Source: a virus
Strand: one strand, 5' to 3'
Virus record (IMG/VR): IMGVR_UViG_3300015242_000020
Location: 71,565-135,564 of that record
Length of the DNA: 64,000 bases
In this document: one piece after another, positions 9,244 to 18,280 of the stretch
Position numbering within the stretch: position 1 is the first letter of the stretch
Layout of the letters: each line of letters starts with the position of its first letter
Translations under genes and position numbers: made by a program
Notes under the pieces: model-generated
The model's database searches: none
Seen by the model: only the letters and a program-made list of their open reading frames with translations
Told to the model about the DNA's origin: nothing

Positions 9244-11265
9244 TCAGGCGTCCATGCCGACGTAGACCTCGCGTACCGGGGTCTGTACGTAGTCCTCGCT
9301 GGCGATCTCGGCGGCGATGACCATCAGGTCGCCATCCACCCAGATCGTGCCGCTACGGCTCGCTGAAGCCGCCAGCTCGTGGTCCCGGGAAGCGGTGGCG
9401 ATCATCTGGTCGGTGCGGGCGTCATACAGGCTGGCCTTGGTGGCTCCGGGGGTTTCCGGGCTGCTCATCGTCTGCGGGTCGCCATCAGGGGCGTCGGGCC
9501 ACTCACCCTCATCGCCGGGCCCGAGGGAGACCGAGTCGTTGGGGTCTGCGATCGGGGTGAAGTCCACACCGGAATTCAGTCCATCGGGCTCCGGGGTGAC
9601 GGCGGTCTTCGCGCTGTTGTTGCGAATGGACTCGTTGTTGGCCTGCCCGCTCCAGGGCGACGACGCCATATCGACCTTCCAGTTCGCGTTAGCTGCCTCA
9701 TCGGCGTTGCGGAACTGGCTGCGCACCTTCTGGATCGCATGCTCAGGACCGTGTCCGGCCGGTACGGAGACTGTCTCGGAGTGCTTGGCGCCGGAGGGAT
9801 GGGTGAACGAGACCTGGTACTGGCGACCGGCACCACTGGGACTGTTGGCGCTGACTTCCTCATCGTTGGCCTCACCGCTCCACGGAGAGGCAGCGGCGGC
9901 CTTCGGCGCCGACATCGACTGGGTGGCCTTGACGAACCGGCCGGAGTCGAACTTGGGGTTTCCCTGGGCGAAGTGATCGGCGAAGTGCTTGGCGACGGAG
10001 TCCTTGTCGCCCGGGTAGGAGGCGATCGCGTTCGCCACGTGCTGGTAGTGGCCCCGGCTGTAGTTGGCCGTGCCAACGCCGCCACGCACCTGGTATCCCT
10101 TGGACCCGGCGGCCTGCTGAAACTGGTCGCGGCGGTAGTGCGGGTTGGTGCCCATCAGGTGGTCAGCGAAGTGCTTGGCCAGCTGGTCGCGCTCGGGGTG
10201 GGTGGCAATCGTCGAGGCCAGGTCCTCGTAGTGCCGGCGAGCCCAGGCCACGGCGAGCCGCTCCATCAAGGCTTGGCGCTTGGCGCCCATCGAACGCACC
10301 GTGCCCGAGGGAGGCAGCACGGTCGGGCTGGCTGGGGTGTTGTCCACCGTCGGGGTGGCATCGCCGGAGTCACCGGCGTTGTTCTCCACGGCCGAGTCCG
10401 AGATCGGGTCGCCGCCACCGTCACCGGCCGGTTCGTTGCCCTCACCGAGGGAGAGGTTGTCGCTCGGGTCGGAGTGGGCCACCTCAGCGTCACCGGTGGG
10501 GGCCGGTGCGTTGATGTCATCCATCGGCTCGGATTCCACCAGCGGGGCGGTGATGGTGTCGTTGTTCGGGGTGGTGAGCATGTCGTTGGCGACCGTGTGG
10601 CCGGCCAGGTGACCCACGTGGTCCAGAAAGGTGCGCTGGGCAACCCCGGCGTCCTCACCGAACTGGCTGGCCAAGTGCGCAGACATGCCGATCGCCTGGA
10701 TAGCGAACTCCTCATGGTCGTCCCGGATCGCCTGGGCGGTGCGGGTGAACCACATGCTGGCCTCGGCGACCATCTTCTGGTCGCGCTCCATCGCGGTGTG
10801 CTCCGGCGCCTCCACATCCATGATCCAGTCCGAGGCCATCGAGGTGCGGATGGTGCCCGGGTTGGGGTTGTGGCTCCAGCGGTCCTGCGGCGCCTGGCTT
10901 TCGAAGTTCAGGCTGGCCTCATACCGCTGGGTGCTGATCCGCTCACTGCGGAGGTTCTCCAGCTCGGCGGCCAGGGTGCGCTGGGTCTGCAGGGTGGACG
11001 CGGCGGCCATGGCCTGCAGCAGGTCTACCTCCCGCTGCCGTGGCGAGATAGTTGTATCCGCCGCCTGCTCGGTGGACGCGGTCTTCTGCGGGGCACTTTG
11101 CATGCTCTGCTCCTGAGATTGAGCCATCTGCCGGCGGATTTTCTTCTGGTCACTGGAGGGGGCCCGACGGATGACCGACGGCAGCCGGCCACCCATGGGC
11201 TCGAACGTGGGCTCGTCCTCGGGGTCGACCCGCTTGGAGCGCGCTGCCACGTGGTGCTTGCCCAC
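9244..11265 (-). CDS. Large modular head-region protein with tandem NP(K/H)F/Y domains
   Basis: 673 aa; HYEDLA...HFADH...NPHYRRDQF and HYQHVA...HFADH...NPKFDSGRF; SPWSGxAN duplicated. Confidence 0.75.
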   Translation of the reverse strand: MGKHHVAARSKRVDPEDEPTFEPMGGRLPSVIRRAPSSDQKKIRRQMAQSQEQSMQSAPQKTASTEQAADTTISPRQREVDLLQAMAAASTLQTQRTLAAELENLRSERISTQRYEASLNFESQAPQDRWSHNPNPGTIRTSMASDWIMDVEAPEHTAMERDQKMVAEASMWFTRTAQAIRDDHEEFAIQAIGMSAHLASQFGEDAGVAQRTFLDHVGHLAGHTVANDMLTTPNNDTITAPLVESEPMDDINAPAPTGDAEVAHSDPSDNLSLGEGNEPAGDGGGDPISDSAVENNAGDSGDATPTVDNTPASPTVLPPSGTVRSMGAKRQALMERLAVAWARRHYEDLASTIATHPERDQLAKHFADHLMGTNPHYRRDQFQQAAGSKGYQVRGGVGTANYSRGHYQHVANAIASYPGDKDSVAKHFADHFAQGNPKFDSGRFVKATQSMSAPKAAAASPWSGEANDEEVSANSPSGAGRQYQVSFTHPSGAKHSETVSVPAGHGPEHAIQKVRSQFRNADEAANANWKVDMASSPWSGQANNESIRNNSAKTAVTPEPDGLNSGVDFTPIADPNDSVSLGPGDEGEWPDAPDGDPQTMSSPETPGATKASLYDARTDQMIATASRDHELAASASRSGTIWVDGDLMVIAAEIASEDYVQTPVREVYVGMDA

Positions 11266-11364
11266 AAACCCTCCATCCCGAGCCGCCTCTTACCTCTTAC
11301 GACCAGCAGCCCCGCTACCCAACAGGGCAACGGGGCTGCTGATGCGAGAGGCGCTTCGACGGCA

Positions 11365-11583
11365 TTACCTCTTCAGGGTGTGCGGGGCGAACTCCATCAG
11401 CCTGTAGTAGGCCCGTAACAGCTGCCGCTCATGGGTAGTGAACGCGGAGAAGCCGTCCTCCCGCTCGGCGTGGGAGACATAGGCGTTGGACCGCCGAAGG
11501 ATCCAGGCGGCCTCGTTGACGGTGAGATGCAGCGACTTGCGCTGGTCACGCAGGCTCGGCTTGGCAACGAGAGTGGTGGGCAT
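11365..11583 (-). CDS. Xre/Cro-like HTH protein
   Basis: LRDQRKSLHLTVNEAAWILRRSNAYVSHAER fits Xre HTH; GGAGA RBS. Confidence 0.65.
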   Translation of the reverse strand: MPTTLVAKPSLRDQRKSLHLTVNEAAWILRRSNAYVSHAEREDGFSAFTTHERQLLRAYYRLMEFAPHTLKR

Positions 11584-11649
11584 GAATATCTCCTCCAGGG
11601 GATTGGTTTCTCCCCGACACTCTACCAGAACGTTATAAGAATCCTTAGG

Positions 11650-12036
11650 TTAGTGTCGGTCGGGGATCAGTCCTCGGTGGTAAAACTCCCGGCCCTGCAG
11701 AGCGAGCAGGTAGAGCCGGTTGCGGGAGGACGGATCGGCGAGCCGGTACTGCACACCCATGTCCTTGTTCGGGTGCTTGCGGTCCCTAGGCCGGAACACA
11801 TAGCCGGTGGAGTTCTCCACGAAGCAGTAGATGGTGCCGCCGTGCTCAGCGAAGGATCCCTCCGGGGTGAGCGGTACCCGAGCGATCCGGGTGAACTTTC
11901 CCGGGTGTGGATCCGGCAAGTAGCGATACATCGGACTGCCGGTAGCGGACCAGCACACCCTGATCGCGACCTCGGTGTTGAGATGACCGATGAAGTGCTC
12001 CACCACCTCCTCAACAGCCAGCACCCGGGAGGTCAC
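11650..12036 (-). CDS. Hypothetical protein
   Basis: GTG start in GTGA overlap with upstream stop. Confidence 0.55.
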   Translation of the reverse strand: MTSRVLAVEEVVEHFIGHLNTEVAIRVCWSATGSPMYRYLPDPHPGKFTRIARVPLTPEGSFAEHGGTIYCFVENSTGYVFRPRDRKHPNKDMGVQYRLADPSSRNRLYLLALQGREFYHRGLIPDRH

Positions 12037-12452
12037 AGCTCCTCCCACATCGTGGGTCGTTGGGTGTCCACCAGCACAGGCGCGCCGAAGGAGTCGGGGA
12101 GCTGCACGCCGGCCTCCGGAAACAGTCGATCTCGGTCGAAGCTCACCGTCACCTGCAGAGTGCGCACCGCCATCCTTGGCGGCCACCGGCGAGCAATCCT
12201 CCGACCCCACCAGCGATCGGCGTTGCGGTGTTTCCACATCTGCCAGGTCGTGGCCGGAGTCTCCACTGTGGTCGACTCAGTGGTGCTGGCTCGCGCAAGG
12301 TGATCGGAGAGCACGTAGGCCCGCATCTGCAGCCGCAGCCGGCCCAGCTCATGACCCACCGTCTCCACCTTGATGTTTCTCAGCCCGGCCGGCAGGTCCA
12401 CCTCGGCGCCCACTCGAACCTGGTTCATCAGGTGGGGTGAATCAAGATCCAT
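12033..12452 (-). CDS. Hypothetical protein
   Basis: ATG 12452 preceded by GAGGA. Confidence 0.55.
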   Translation of the reverse strand: MDLDSPHLMNQVRVGAEVDLPAGLRNIKVETVGHELGRLRLQMRAYVLSDHLARASTTESTTVETPATTWQMWKHRNADRWWGRRIARRWPPRMAVRTLQVTVSFDRDRLFPEAGVQLPDSFGAPVLVDTQRPTMWEEL

Positions 12453-12660
12453 AGATCGGCCCGTCCTCTCGTGGAAGTGGCTCCATCTCGATCGTGAGGG
12501 CGCCAGTCTGGAATTCGATAGTGACGGAGCGCACCTTGCCGACCAGAGCCACCTGCACGCCATCGGCAACCATGTTGACGCTCAGCTTCCGGCCGACGAT
12601 CTCTTCTCGGGTCTGGTGGGCGGCCTCGACCTGCTGCAGAGAGATCCCGCCATCAGTCAT
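12442..12660 (-). CDS. Hypothetical protein
   Basis: Tightly packed ORF. Confidence 0.55.
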   Translation of the reverse strand: MTDGGISLQQVEAAHQTREEIVGRKLSVNMVADGVQVALVGKVRSVTIEFQTGALTIEMEPLPREDGPIYGS

Positions 12661-12899
12661 CAGGGAGACCGCTTCGGGAGGCCGTCGGTGGAGTACCGCG
12701 CGGTGGAGGCCCGGCGGGCATGGGAGGCGATCTCCCGGGCGCGAGAGAGCGGCTCACCGTCCCGGCGGCGGTCATGAGTCCGGATGATCGAGGCGTTGGG
12801 CCAAGTCCGGCCGGCCGCATCGAGATGATCCAGGTGCTCCTGCATCTCCGGCAGCAGGCAGACCGAGTCGTTGGTGGACTCCGCTCCGCAGCGCTTCAT
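12660..12899 (-). CDS. Hypothetical protein
   Basis: ATGA overlap with upstream stop. Confidence 0.5.
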   Translation of the reverse strand: MKRCGAESTNDSVCLLPEMQEHLDHLDAAGRTWPNASIIRTHDRRRDGEPLSRAREIASHARRASTARYSTDGLPKRSP

Positions 12900-13244
12900 G
12901 GCAGCCGCTCGAAGTGATAGTTCGGACCGCCCCAAGTCATTCCCCTCAAAACGACTCGATACCTTCCCAGGGCCACTGGCGGGCCAGCACCGGCTGCCAG
13001 GTCAGCATGGATCGAGCACTCCATCAGAGCGTCATCCAGGCGCTCCCGCAGCGGGTGCCGGAGGGTGAACTCGGTGTCGGTGAAGGTCACGATGTGCTCG
13101 GTCTCTCGATCGGCCAGGATCTCTGCGGCAGCACTCGGCCGAGGGCACTCAGGAGCAGCACAGACGATCAGACCCGTTGCCGGCCGAGATCTCCAGGGTC
13201 GGACCACAGCCGAGCGGGCACTCGCCCTCGATCGGGAAGCTCAT
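12896..13244 (-). pseudogene. DUF6085-like Cys-rich phage protein interrupted by a 1-nt frameshift
   Basis: ATG 13244 gives MSFPIEGECPLGCGPTLEIS then stops at 13149; the continuation ATGLIVCAAPECPRP...HPLRERLDD is in another frame. Confidence 0.6.
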
Positions 13245-13246
13245 GT

Positions 13247-13525
13247 CTATGTCCTCCACATCGGCGCCGAGGCGCGATAGCGGTAGTAGCCGATGTGTCC
13301 CGTGATGCCATCGTCATCGACACCGATGTCACTGTCTCCTTGGGCCACCTCGGTGCGGGTAACGACACCCTCACCGAGGGTGCAGTCGTTCTCCTGAGCG
13401 AACCTCACCAGCTCGTCGCGCACTAGATCCCGGTAGTGGGCGTCGGGATCGACCCGATCGGTGAACGCTAGATCCTTCGGGTCGATGATGCGCTGGCTGT
13501 AGGCCACGTCCGACATGCCCTTCAC
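13247..13525 (-). CDS. Hypothetical protein
   Basis: Packed ORF. Confidence 0.55.
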   Translation of the reverse strand: MKGMSDVAYSQRIIDPKDLAFTDRVDPDAHYRDLVRDELVRFAQENDCTLGEGVVTRTEVAQGDSDIGVDDDGITGHIGYYRYRASAPMWRT

Positions 13526-13785
13526 AGAATGTCTCTTTCCTTGCGCTGGGTGCGCCTGTTGAACTCGGCCAGGATGCTGGCCACCATCGAGCGACTGGCC
13601 CGACGACGTAGCTCCCGAGCTGCGGGGGTGCCCAGCGAGGTCCTCTCGATCAGCTCGGCGGTGCGAGAGATCACCCGGCGCAGACAGGCGCGCTCATTGA
13701 GGCAGGTCCAGCCGTAGTCACCCTCGGGGGCGAAGGCCTTCACGCCAACCCGATGACATTTGCCGCACTCCCGGGCTTCAGCCAT
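13522..13785 (-). CDS. Cys-containing hypothetical protein
   Basis: CGKC...C...C. Confidence 0.55.
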   Translation of the reverse strand: MAEARECGKCHRVGVKAFAPEGDYGWTCLNERACLRRVISRTAELIERTSLGTPAARELRRRASRSMVASILAEFNRRTQRKERDIL

Positions 13786-13956
13786 TGCCCTCATCCGCCC
13801 CCTCCACAATCAGATTCACGCAGCACGCCAGGCCCTCGCTGTGCGCGGCGCACATAGCATTTCCGCCGGGTGGATGAGTTGCCCGGAGGATGTCGATGAC
13901 CTCCGGAGGCAAGGTTGTACCCAGGGCTCTCAATCTCTCGTCGAGGTCTTCAACGA

Positions 13957-14283
13957 TCATTGCTGTCGCCACCAGTCCAGGAATACCGCCGAAGCTTCGC
14001 CCATCGTGCGCTCGCGTTCAGCCGGATCGCGACTAGTCAGGTAGGCAATCACCTCGGGGTCGGCGTGATCGGGGTTGAAGGATAGATCTATGACCTCATC
14101 CTGGTTCGGCAGACCGAGCATGAATGGCCCGGCCGGATAGCCAGCGGAGAGCAGGCGCTGATAGAGGCCGTGTGCCTCGATGACATCGGTGATCGCACCG
14201 TCAGGCGCGAATACCTCGACTCGGTCGGTCGGAGAGATCACGAAGCCAATCCAGTGCTCGGACTCGACATATTCAGTGGTCAT
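13957..14283 (-). CDS. Hypothetical protein
   Basis: Packed ORF, TGATG overlap. Confidence 0.6.
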   Translation of the reverse strand: MTTEYVESEHWIGFVISPTDRVEVFAPDGAITDVIEAHGLYQRLLSAGYPAGPFMLGLPNQDEVIDLSFNPDHADPEVIAYLTSRDPAERERTMGEASAVFLDWWRQQ

Positions 14284-14408
14284 CAGTAGTCACCGCGCCG
14301 GATAGCCAAGAGGAGCCCCACGACGATGTAGATGAGCATCCCGAGCACCAGTAAGTCCCCACCGTAGACGAGCGCCTGCTGCACCCACAGTGGCGGCAGC
14401 GTGGTCAT
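14283..14408 (-). CDS. Small single-TM membrane protein (41 aa)
   Basis: MTTLPPLWVQQALVYGGDLLVLGMLIYIVVGLLLAIRRGDY; overlaps both neighbours; below ORF-track cutoff. Confidence 0.55.
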   Translation of the reverse strand: MTTLPPLWVQQALVYGGDLLVLGMLIYIVVGLLLAIRRGDY

Positions 14409-14686
14409 TTGGTGATCGCCGCGACCATGGCGGTCATCAGGCCAATCAGAAAGGTGGCACCGAAGATGAACAGCAGGCCGACGAATACAGTGCCGGCCGC
14501 CTCGAACGCGCTCCGCAGACCGGACTCACCCTCGTCGCGCCCCCGCGAGCCCACTCCGGCGATGAGCACCTTGGCTCCGATGATAATCAGTATGACGGCG
14601 CCGAACGCACCGCCCAGGCCGATCAGGTAGTGGCTGACGGTGGTCAGAAAGTGGTTCGGATCGGCGGTGGCGGCGAGGTAGCGCAT
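14405..14686 (-). CDS. Two-TM membrane protein, TrbC/VirB2 pilin-like pattern
   Basis: Two hydrophobic helices split by a short charged loop (GSRGRDEGESGLRSA); GGAG RBS. Confidence 0.6.
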   Translation of the reverse strand: MRYLAATADPNHFLTTVSHYLIGLGGAFGAVILIIIGAKVLIAGVGSRGRDEGESGLRSAFEAAGTVFVGLLFIFGATFLIGLMTAMVAAITK

Positions 14687-14803
14687 GGTGTGCTCCAGTC
14701 ATCAGGGTGTTACGAGGGATTCTAAGGATTCTCAGTAGCGCTGTCTACTGCCTTGGGTCGCCACCACTGCGGGTCATCGGGACTCGGCGTACGGGTCGGT
14801 CAT

Positions 14804-15520
14804 CTACACCCTCCACATCTCGGCGCGGACGCTCAGCAGCCACGCCTGGGCCGCATCATCGTCGGGGTACTCAGGTAGTGGACTGGACAGCCCAAAGTCC
14901 CGCTCGGCGGCCCTGAACTCCGGCAACGCCGCGTTGGGATCGGAGGCCACCGCCCGACCGAAGTCGAAGTACCTCTGCTGGTCGGACACCCGGATGATGA
15001 GCTGGCCGGTCTGGTACAGCATGGTGCCCTGATCGAGCAGCCGCAGCAGGTGTCGGGCGTGCTTTTGGATCCGGGACACCGGGACGTCTGGAAACCGGCC
15101 GGAGCGCTGCAGTCGCTCGTACTGCTGACTGGCATATCCGAGATAGGCGGAGCGGATCCGGGGTGCCGACAGCAGCTTCTCTCTCATGTCGATCAGCCGC
15201 ACGCCGGCAGGGGAGAGGGTCTCGTAGCGCTCCAGCCACAGCAGCTCGACGATCGTGGGGTTGCCCTTCAGCGCGAGCAGCAGATATTTCCGGGCCTCGT
15301 GCAGCGTGACATCCGGGGTGTGCTGGACCAGGGTGGCGTACCGATCGATCGGCAGGTCGAAGCCGTGAAACAAGCTGGTCGGAGCGGCCCAGATGCCGAG
15401 CCGATCTGTGTCGGACTCCGGAGTGTCCATGCCGTAGGCCCTGGAGCCGATGATGCCCGAGAGCAGCACCTGAGATCCGTAAGGCAGCTCGGGGATGGTG
15501 GTCTCCTGCTCGTCCGTCAT
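14804..15520 (-). CDS. Nucleotidyltransferase, Pol-beta superfamily (YcgL/RlaP-like)
   Basis: GSRAYGMDTPESDTD motif, GNPTIVELL, KHARHLLRLL. Confidence 0.85.
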   Translation of the reverse strand: MTDEQETTIPELPYGSQVLLSGIIGSRAYGMDTPESDTDRLGIWAAPTSLFHGFDLPIDRYATLVQHTPDVTLHEARKYLLLALKGNPTIVELLWLERYETLSPAGVRLIDMREKLLSAPRIRSAYLGYASQQYERLQRSGRFPDVPVSRIQKHARHLLRLLDQGTMLYQTGQLIIRVSDQQRYFDFGRAVASDPNAALPEFRAAERDFGLSSPLPEYPDDDAAQAWLLSVRAEMWRV

Positions 15521-15762
15521 CAGGACACATCCTGGGTGAATTCGTGGCTCCAGTCCGGGCCGGCCAGCGAGACGGCATCCTCGGGGATGACCGCACCCTC
15601 CCAACGATCCGCTGAGCTGTCGTTCGCCATCATGAACAGGACCAGAGATTCCAGCATCTCGTCGAGGTTCCCATGCCACCACTCATCGGCCTGGGCCTGC
15701 CAGTCAAAGGAGTCGCTGAAGGTGACCTCGCCGATCACCTCGTAGGTGTAGACCTTCTGCAT
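15520..15762 (-). CDS. Acidic hypothetical protein
   Basis: Packed ORF. Confidence 0.55.
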   Translation of the reverse strand: MQKVYTYEVIGEVTFSDSFDWQAQADEWWHGNLDEMLESLVLFMMANDSSADRWEGAVIPEDAVSLAGPDWSHEFTQDVS

Positions 15763-15771
15763 CAGGGATTC

Positions 15772-16248
15772 CTAGCTGTAGTAGGACGCGAGGAACAGCT
15801 TGGGCGTCCGGTCATCGGCGTATTCGATCCTGTCGAGCACGGCGGCGAACTGGTCCAAAGACTCAGCGGACAGCGGGATGAACATGGGTGTCTTGACTGG
15901 CTCCGCGTCCCAGTCCACGCATTGCACGTCGCCCACGACCAGCAGATAGCCGGGGTAGTCCGCCGAGCAGTAGGGCTCGATCTTCACGAACACGTGAGAG
16001 CCGGTGAAGGCTTGCTCGGCCTTCCAGTACTCGTGCCAGGCTGCTCTATCGGCGACCACCGGGATTCCAGGCTCAGATTCGGTGAAGCCAGCGACATCCA
16101 GGATCACCTTTCTCAGGTAGTCCCCCTCGACCTCCTTGGCCCACTCCTTGCTGAGGCGCCACTCCTTTTCTGCACCACCGAGGTCAACACCCCAGGCCAG
16201 CTTGGCGTACGGATCCATTCCCATGGTCTGCGCTCCTTTGTGGTTCAA
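15772..16248 (-). CDS. Hypothetical protein
   Basis: Start possibly ATG 16224 after AAGGAG. Confidence 0.6.
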   Translation of the reverse strand: MNHKGAQTMGMDPYAKLAWGVDLGGAEKEWRLSKEWAKEVEGDYLRKVILDVAGFTESEPGIPVVADRAAWHEYWKAEQAFTGSHVFVKIEPYCSADYPGYLLVVGDVQCVDWDAEPVKTPMFIPLSAESLDQFAAVLDRIEYADDRTPKLFLASYYS

Positions 16249-16295
16249 GGGAAAAGCGCCCCGTGGATATCGGCCGGGGCCACGCCGATGATTGC

Positions 16296-17129
16296 CTAGC
16301 TCGGGCAGACCGCCGTGACATTGCCGTCAGCGACACTCTGGCCGTCATTGCCTGGGTTGATGCCGTCCCGCCACGTCTGAGCCGCACAACCAGCGTTGTA
16401 CGTCCACAGGTAGGTGGTCAGATTGAAGCTGGCACCAAATGTGACCCCACTGGTTGGGAAGAATCCCTTCACCCAGTCCGAGGTACCGAACGGAACGCTG
16501 GCCCGACTATTCGCAGTGGCCGGAACCAGCGAACCATTCGGCGCATTCGAGCTGGCATAGAACTCGACCTTGGCGCCGCCGATGAAAGAGCCGGTCGGGT
16601 TACCGGTGATGGTGCCACCGACCGTGGCGTTCGGTGCTGGCTTTCCATTGATCGCGGTGAAGGTGCCGTTATCCGTCAGAGTCGCGGTGTAGAAGTAGCA
16701 GGTCGGCGCTCCACCGCATTTGCTGGATTCCGCAGCACCTTGGCGGGTGACATTTACGGTGCGGATCATATTGTCAGTCGCCCAGCCCGAGGTCTCGGCC
16801 CAGTTGGTGATTGAGGTCTGTGCGGTGGCAGTCGCGGGGACGAGCGCATCCGCGCTCTTGTTGTTTCCCTGCTGGCTCCACCAGACCTTGTCGTAATTTG
16901 TTGAGCAACCCGGGTAAGTGCTGCTCCCGCCGGTGTAGACATGGATGCCATTGACCGGCTGATGCGTGGTCTTGTTCAGACAGCTCCAGTACGTCGGATT
17001 GGCCGTACTTCCTGTGATGGACTGTGCGGCCGAGACCGCATTGACCAGTGCGACGCTGCCTGCCCCCACCGCAGCAAGGACAACCACCCCCGCGATGGCC
17101 TTCTTCAGACCGATTGTTTTGAAAATCAC
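16296..17129 (-). CDS. Secreted Thr/Ser/Gly/Asn-rich protein
   Basis: N-terminal KK + hydrophobic stretch + AxA; several Cys; GAAAGGA RBS. Confidence 0.7.
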   Translation of the reverse strand: MIFKTIGLKKAIAGVVVLAAVGAGSVALVNAVSAAQSITGSTANPTYWSCLNKTTHQPVNGIHVYTGGSSTYPGCSTNYDKVWWSQQGNNKSADALVPATATAQTSITNWAETSGWATDNMIRTVNVTRQGAAESSKCGGAPTCYFYTATLTDNGTFTAINGKPAPNATVGGTITGNPTGSFIGGAKVEFYASSNAPNGSLVPATANSRASVPFGTSDWVKGFFPTSGVTFGASFNLTTYLWTYNAGCAAQTWRDGINPGNDGQSVADGNVTAVCPS

Positions 17130-17153
17130 TTGGTGGTTCCTTTCAGGGTTGGC

Positions 17154-17378
17154 CTAGTCGGTAGGTTTACCGAGCAGGATTCGATCGATCACGCGCTTCC
17201 GGATATCGGAGGGAATTCCCTCCAGCTCCATCGCACGCTCGGCCATCTTGATCACCATCATCTGGTATTTCTCGATGGCCTCGACAAAAGCATTCTGAGG
17301 TGGAGCTTGCGGGTGGTCGGTGGAATGCCGGTCGATTATCTGCTGGGCATACATCGACCGCTCGCGCCCCTCAGCCAT
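17154..17378 (-). CDS. Hypothetical protein
   Basis: Packed ORF. Confidence 0.5.
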   Translation of the reverse strand: MAEGRERSMYAQQIIDRHSTDHPQAPPQNAFVEAIEKYQMMVIKMAERAMELEGIPSDIRKRVIDRILLGKPTD

Positions 17379-17640
17379 GGTCGTCCTGGTAGTGGTTGTC
17401 GATCAGGTAGGTGAGCTGGTCACGCAGCAAGACTGCATTCTCCAGCGAAAGATGCGCAGCGATATAGGGCGCATTACCGCGCTCGGCCGGCATCACATAG
17501 CCGGCGGCGGTGACCCAGATGGCCGGTTCGGTGGCGAGACTGGATTCGTATGCCTGCACCTCATCTCGACCGTCGATGCTCTTGATCGGATCCAGGCGCT
17601 TGAATCCGCGATCGGTAGTCGTAGGGACGATGTCAGCCAT
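17371..17640 (-). CDS. Hypothetical protein
   Basis: ATG 17640 after AGGAG. Confidence 0.6.
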   Translation of the reverse strand: MADIVPTTTDRGFKRLDPIKSIDGRDEVQAYESSLATEPAIWVTAAGYVMPAERGNAPYIAAHLSLENAVLLRDQLTYLIDNHYQDDHG

Positions 17641-17680
17641 GGGATAGCTCCTGTCCAGATTCATCCGCTAAGGTAACTAC

Positions 17681-18280
17681 ATGTCGAGGCCACCATGTCT
17701 CATGGAAGAATGTGATGACCCGTCGGTAGGGCTTGGTCTCTGTCGATTCCACTGGGGCAGGAACCATCGTTATGGCGACCCTCTGGCTGGTCCTCCGCGT
17801 AGGAAACGGCGAGATAACTCGCCGGGACCGTGTGAAGTCCCCGAGTGCACTAACGATCGATCCAAAGGGACCTATTGCTCCGGCCACTACGCCAGGATTC
17901 GGCAGACTGGGGATCTCCGAGCCGGCGTCATGCTCCGATCCACGAACGCCATGACTCTTGAGGAGCGAATATGGCGCAAGGTCGATAGAAACGGACCTCG
18001 GCCGGCTTTTGCTCCGAACCTCGGAAACTGCTGGCTCTGGACGCCCCGGCCCCGAAGTGCGGGAGGATATGCCCGAGTCCAACCCGGAGACGGAGGACCG
18101 GTAATCAGGGTCCATGTGTGGACCTACGAGAGCGTCTATGGACCTGTCCCTCCCGGTCATGAACTGGATCATCTCTGTCGTATCCGACACTGCGTTCGCC
18201 CTACCCACCTTGAAGCGGTGGTGCATCAGGTCAACGTGAAACGCGGGCGAGCTGGCGAACTGAGGGGGATGAATGTCTAG
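17681..18280 (+). CDS. Free-standing HNH homing endonuclease
   Basis: CWLWT...RVHVWTYE...GHELDHLCRIRHCVRPTHLE; two N-terminal C-x4-C...C-x2-H repeats; only plus-strand gene called. Confidence 0.9.
   Translation: MSRPPCLMEECDDPSVGLGLCRFHWGRNHRYGDPLAGPPRRKRRDNSPGPCEVPECTNDRSKGTYCSGHYARIRQTGDLRAGVMLRSTNAMTLEERIWRKVDRNGPRPAFAPNLGNCWLWTPRPRSAGGYARVQPGDGGPVIRVHVWTYESVYGPVPPGHELDHLCRIRHCVRPTHLEAVVHQVNVKRGRAGELRGMNV

Noticed and set aside
9379-11418. 679-aa plus-strand ORF, and similar long plus-strand ORFs at 5083-6168, 37702-39204, 45809-47407, 53401-54951 and 60496-61542
   Set aside because: Antisense shadows of well-supported minus-strand genes, expected in GC-rich DNA; no recognisable motifs.
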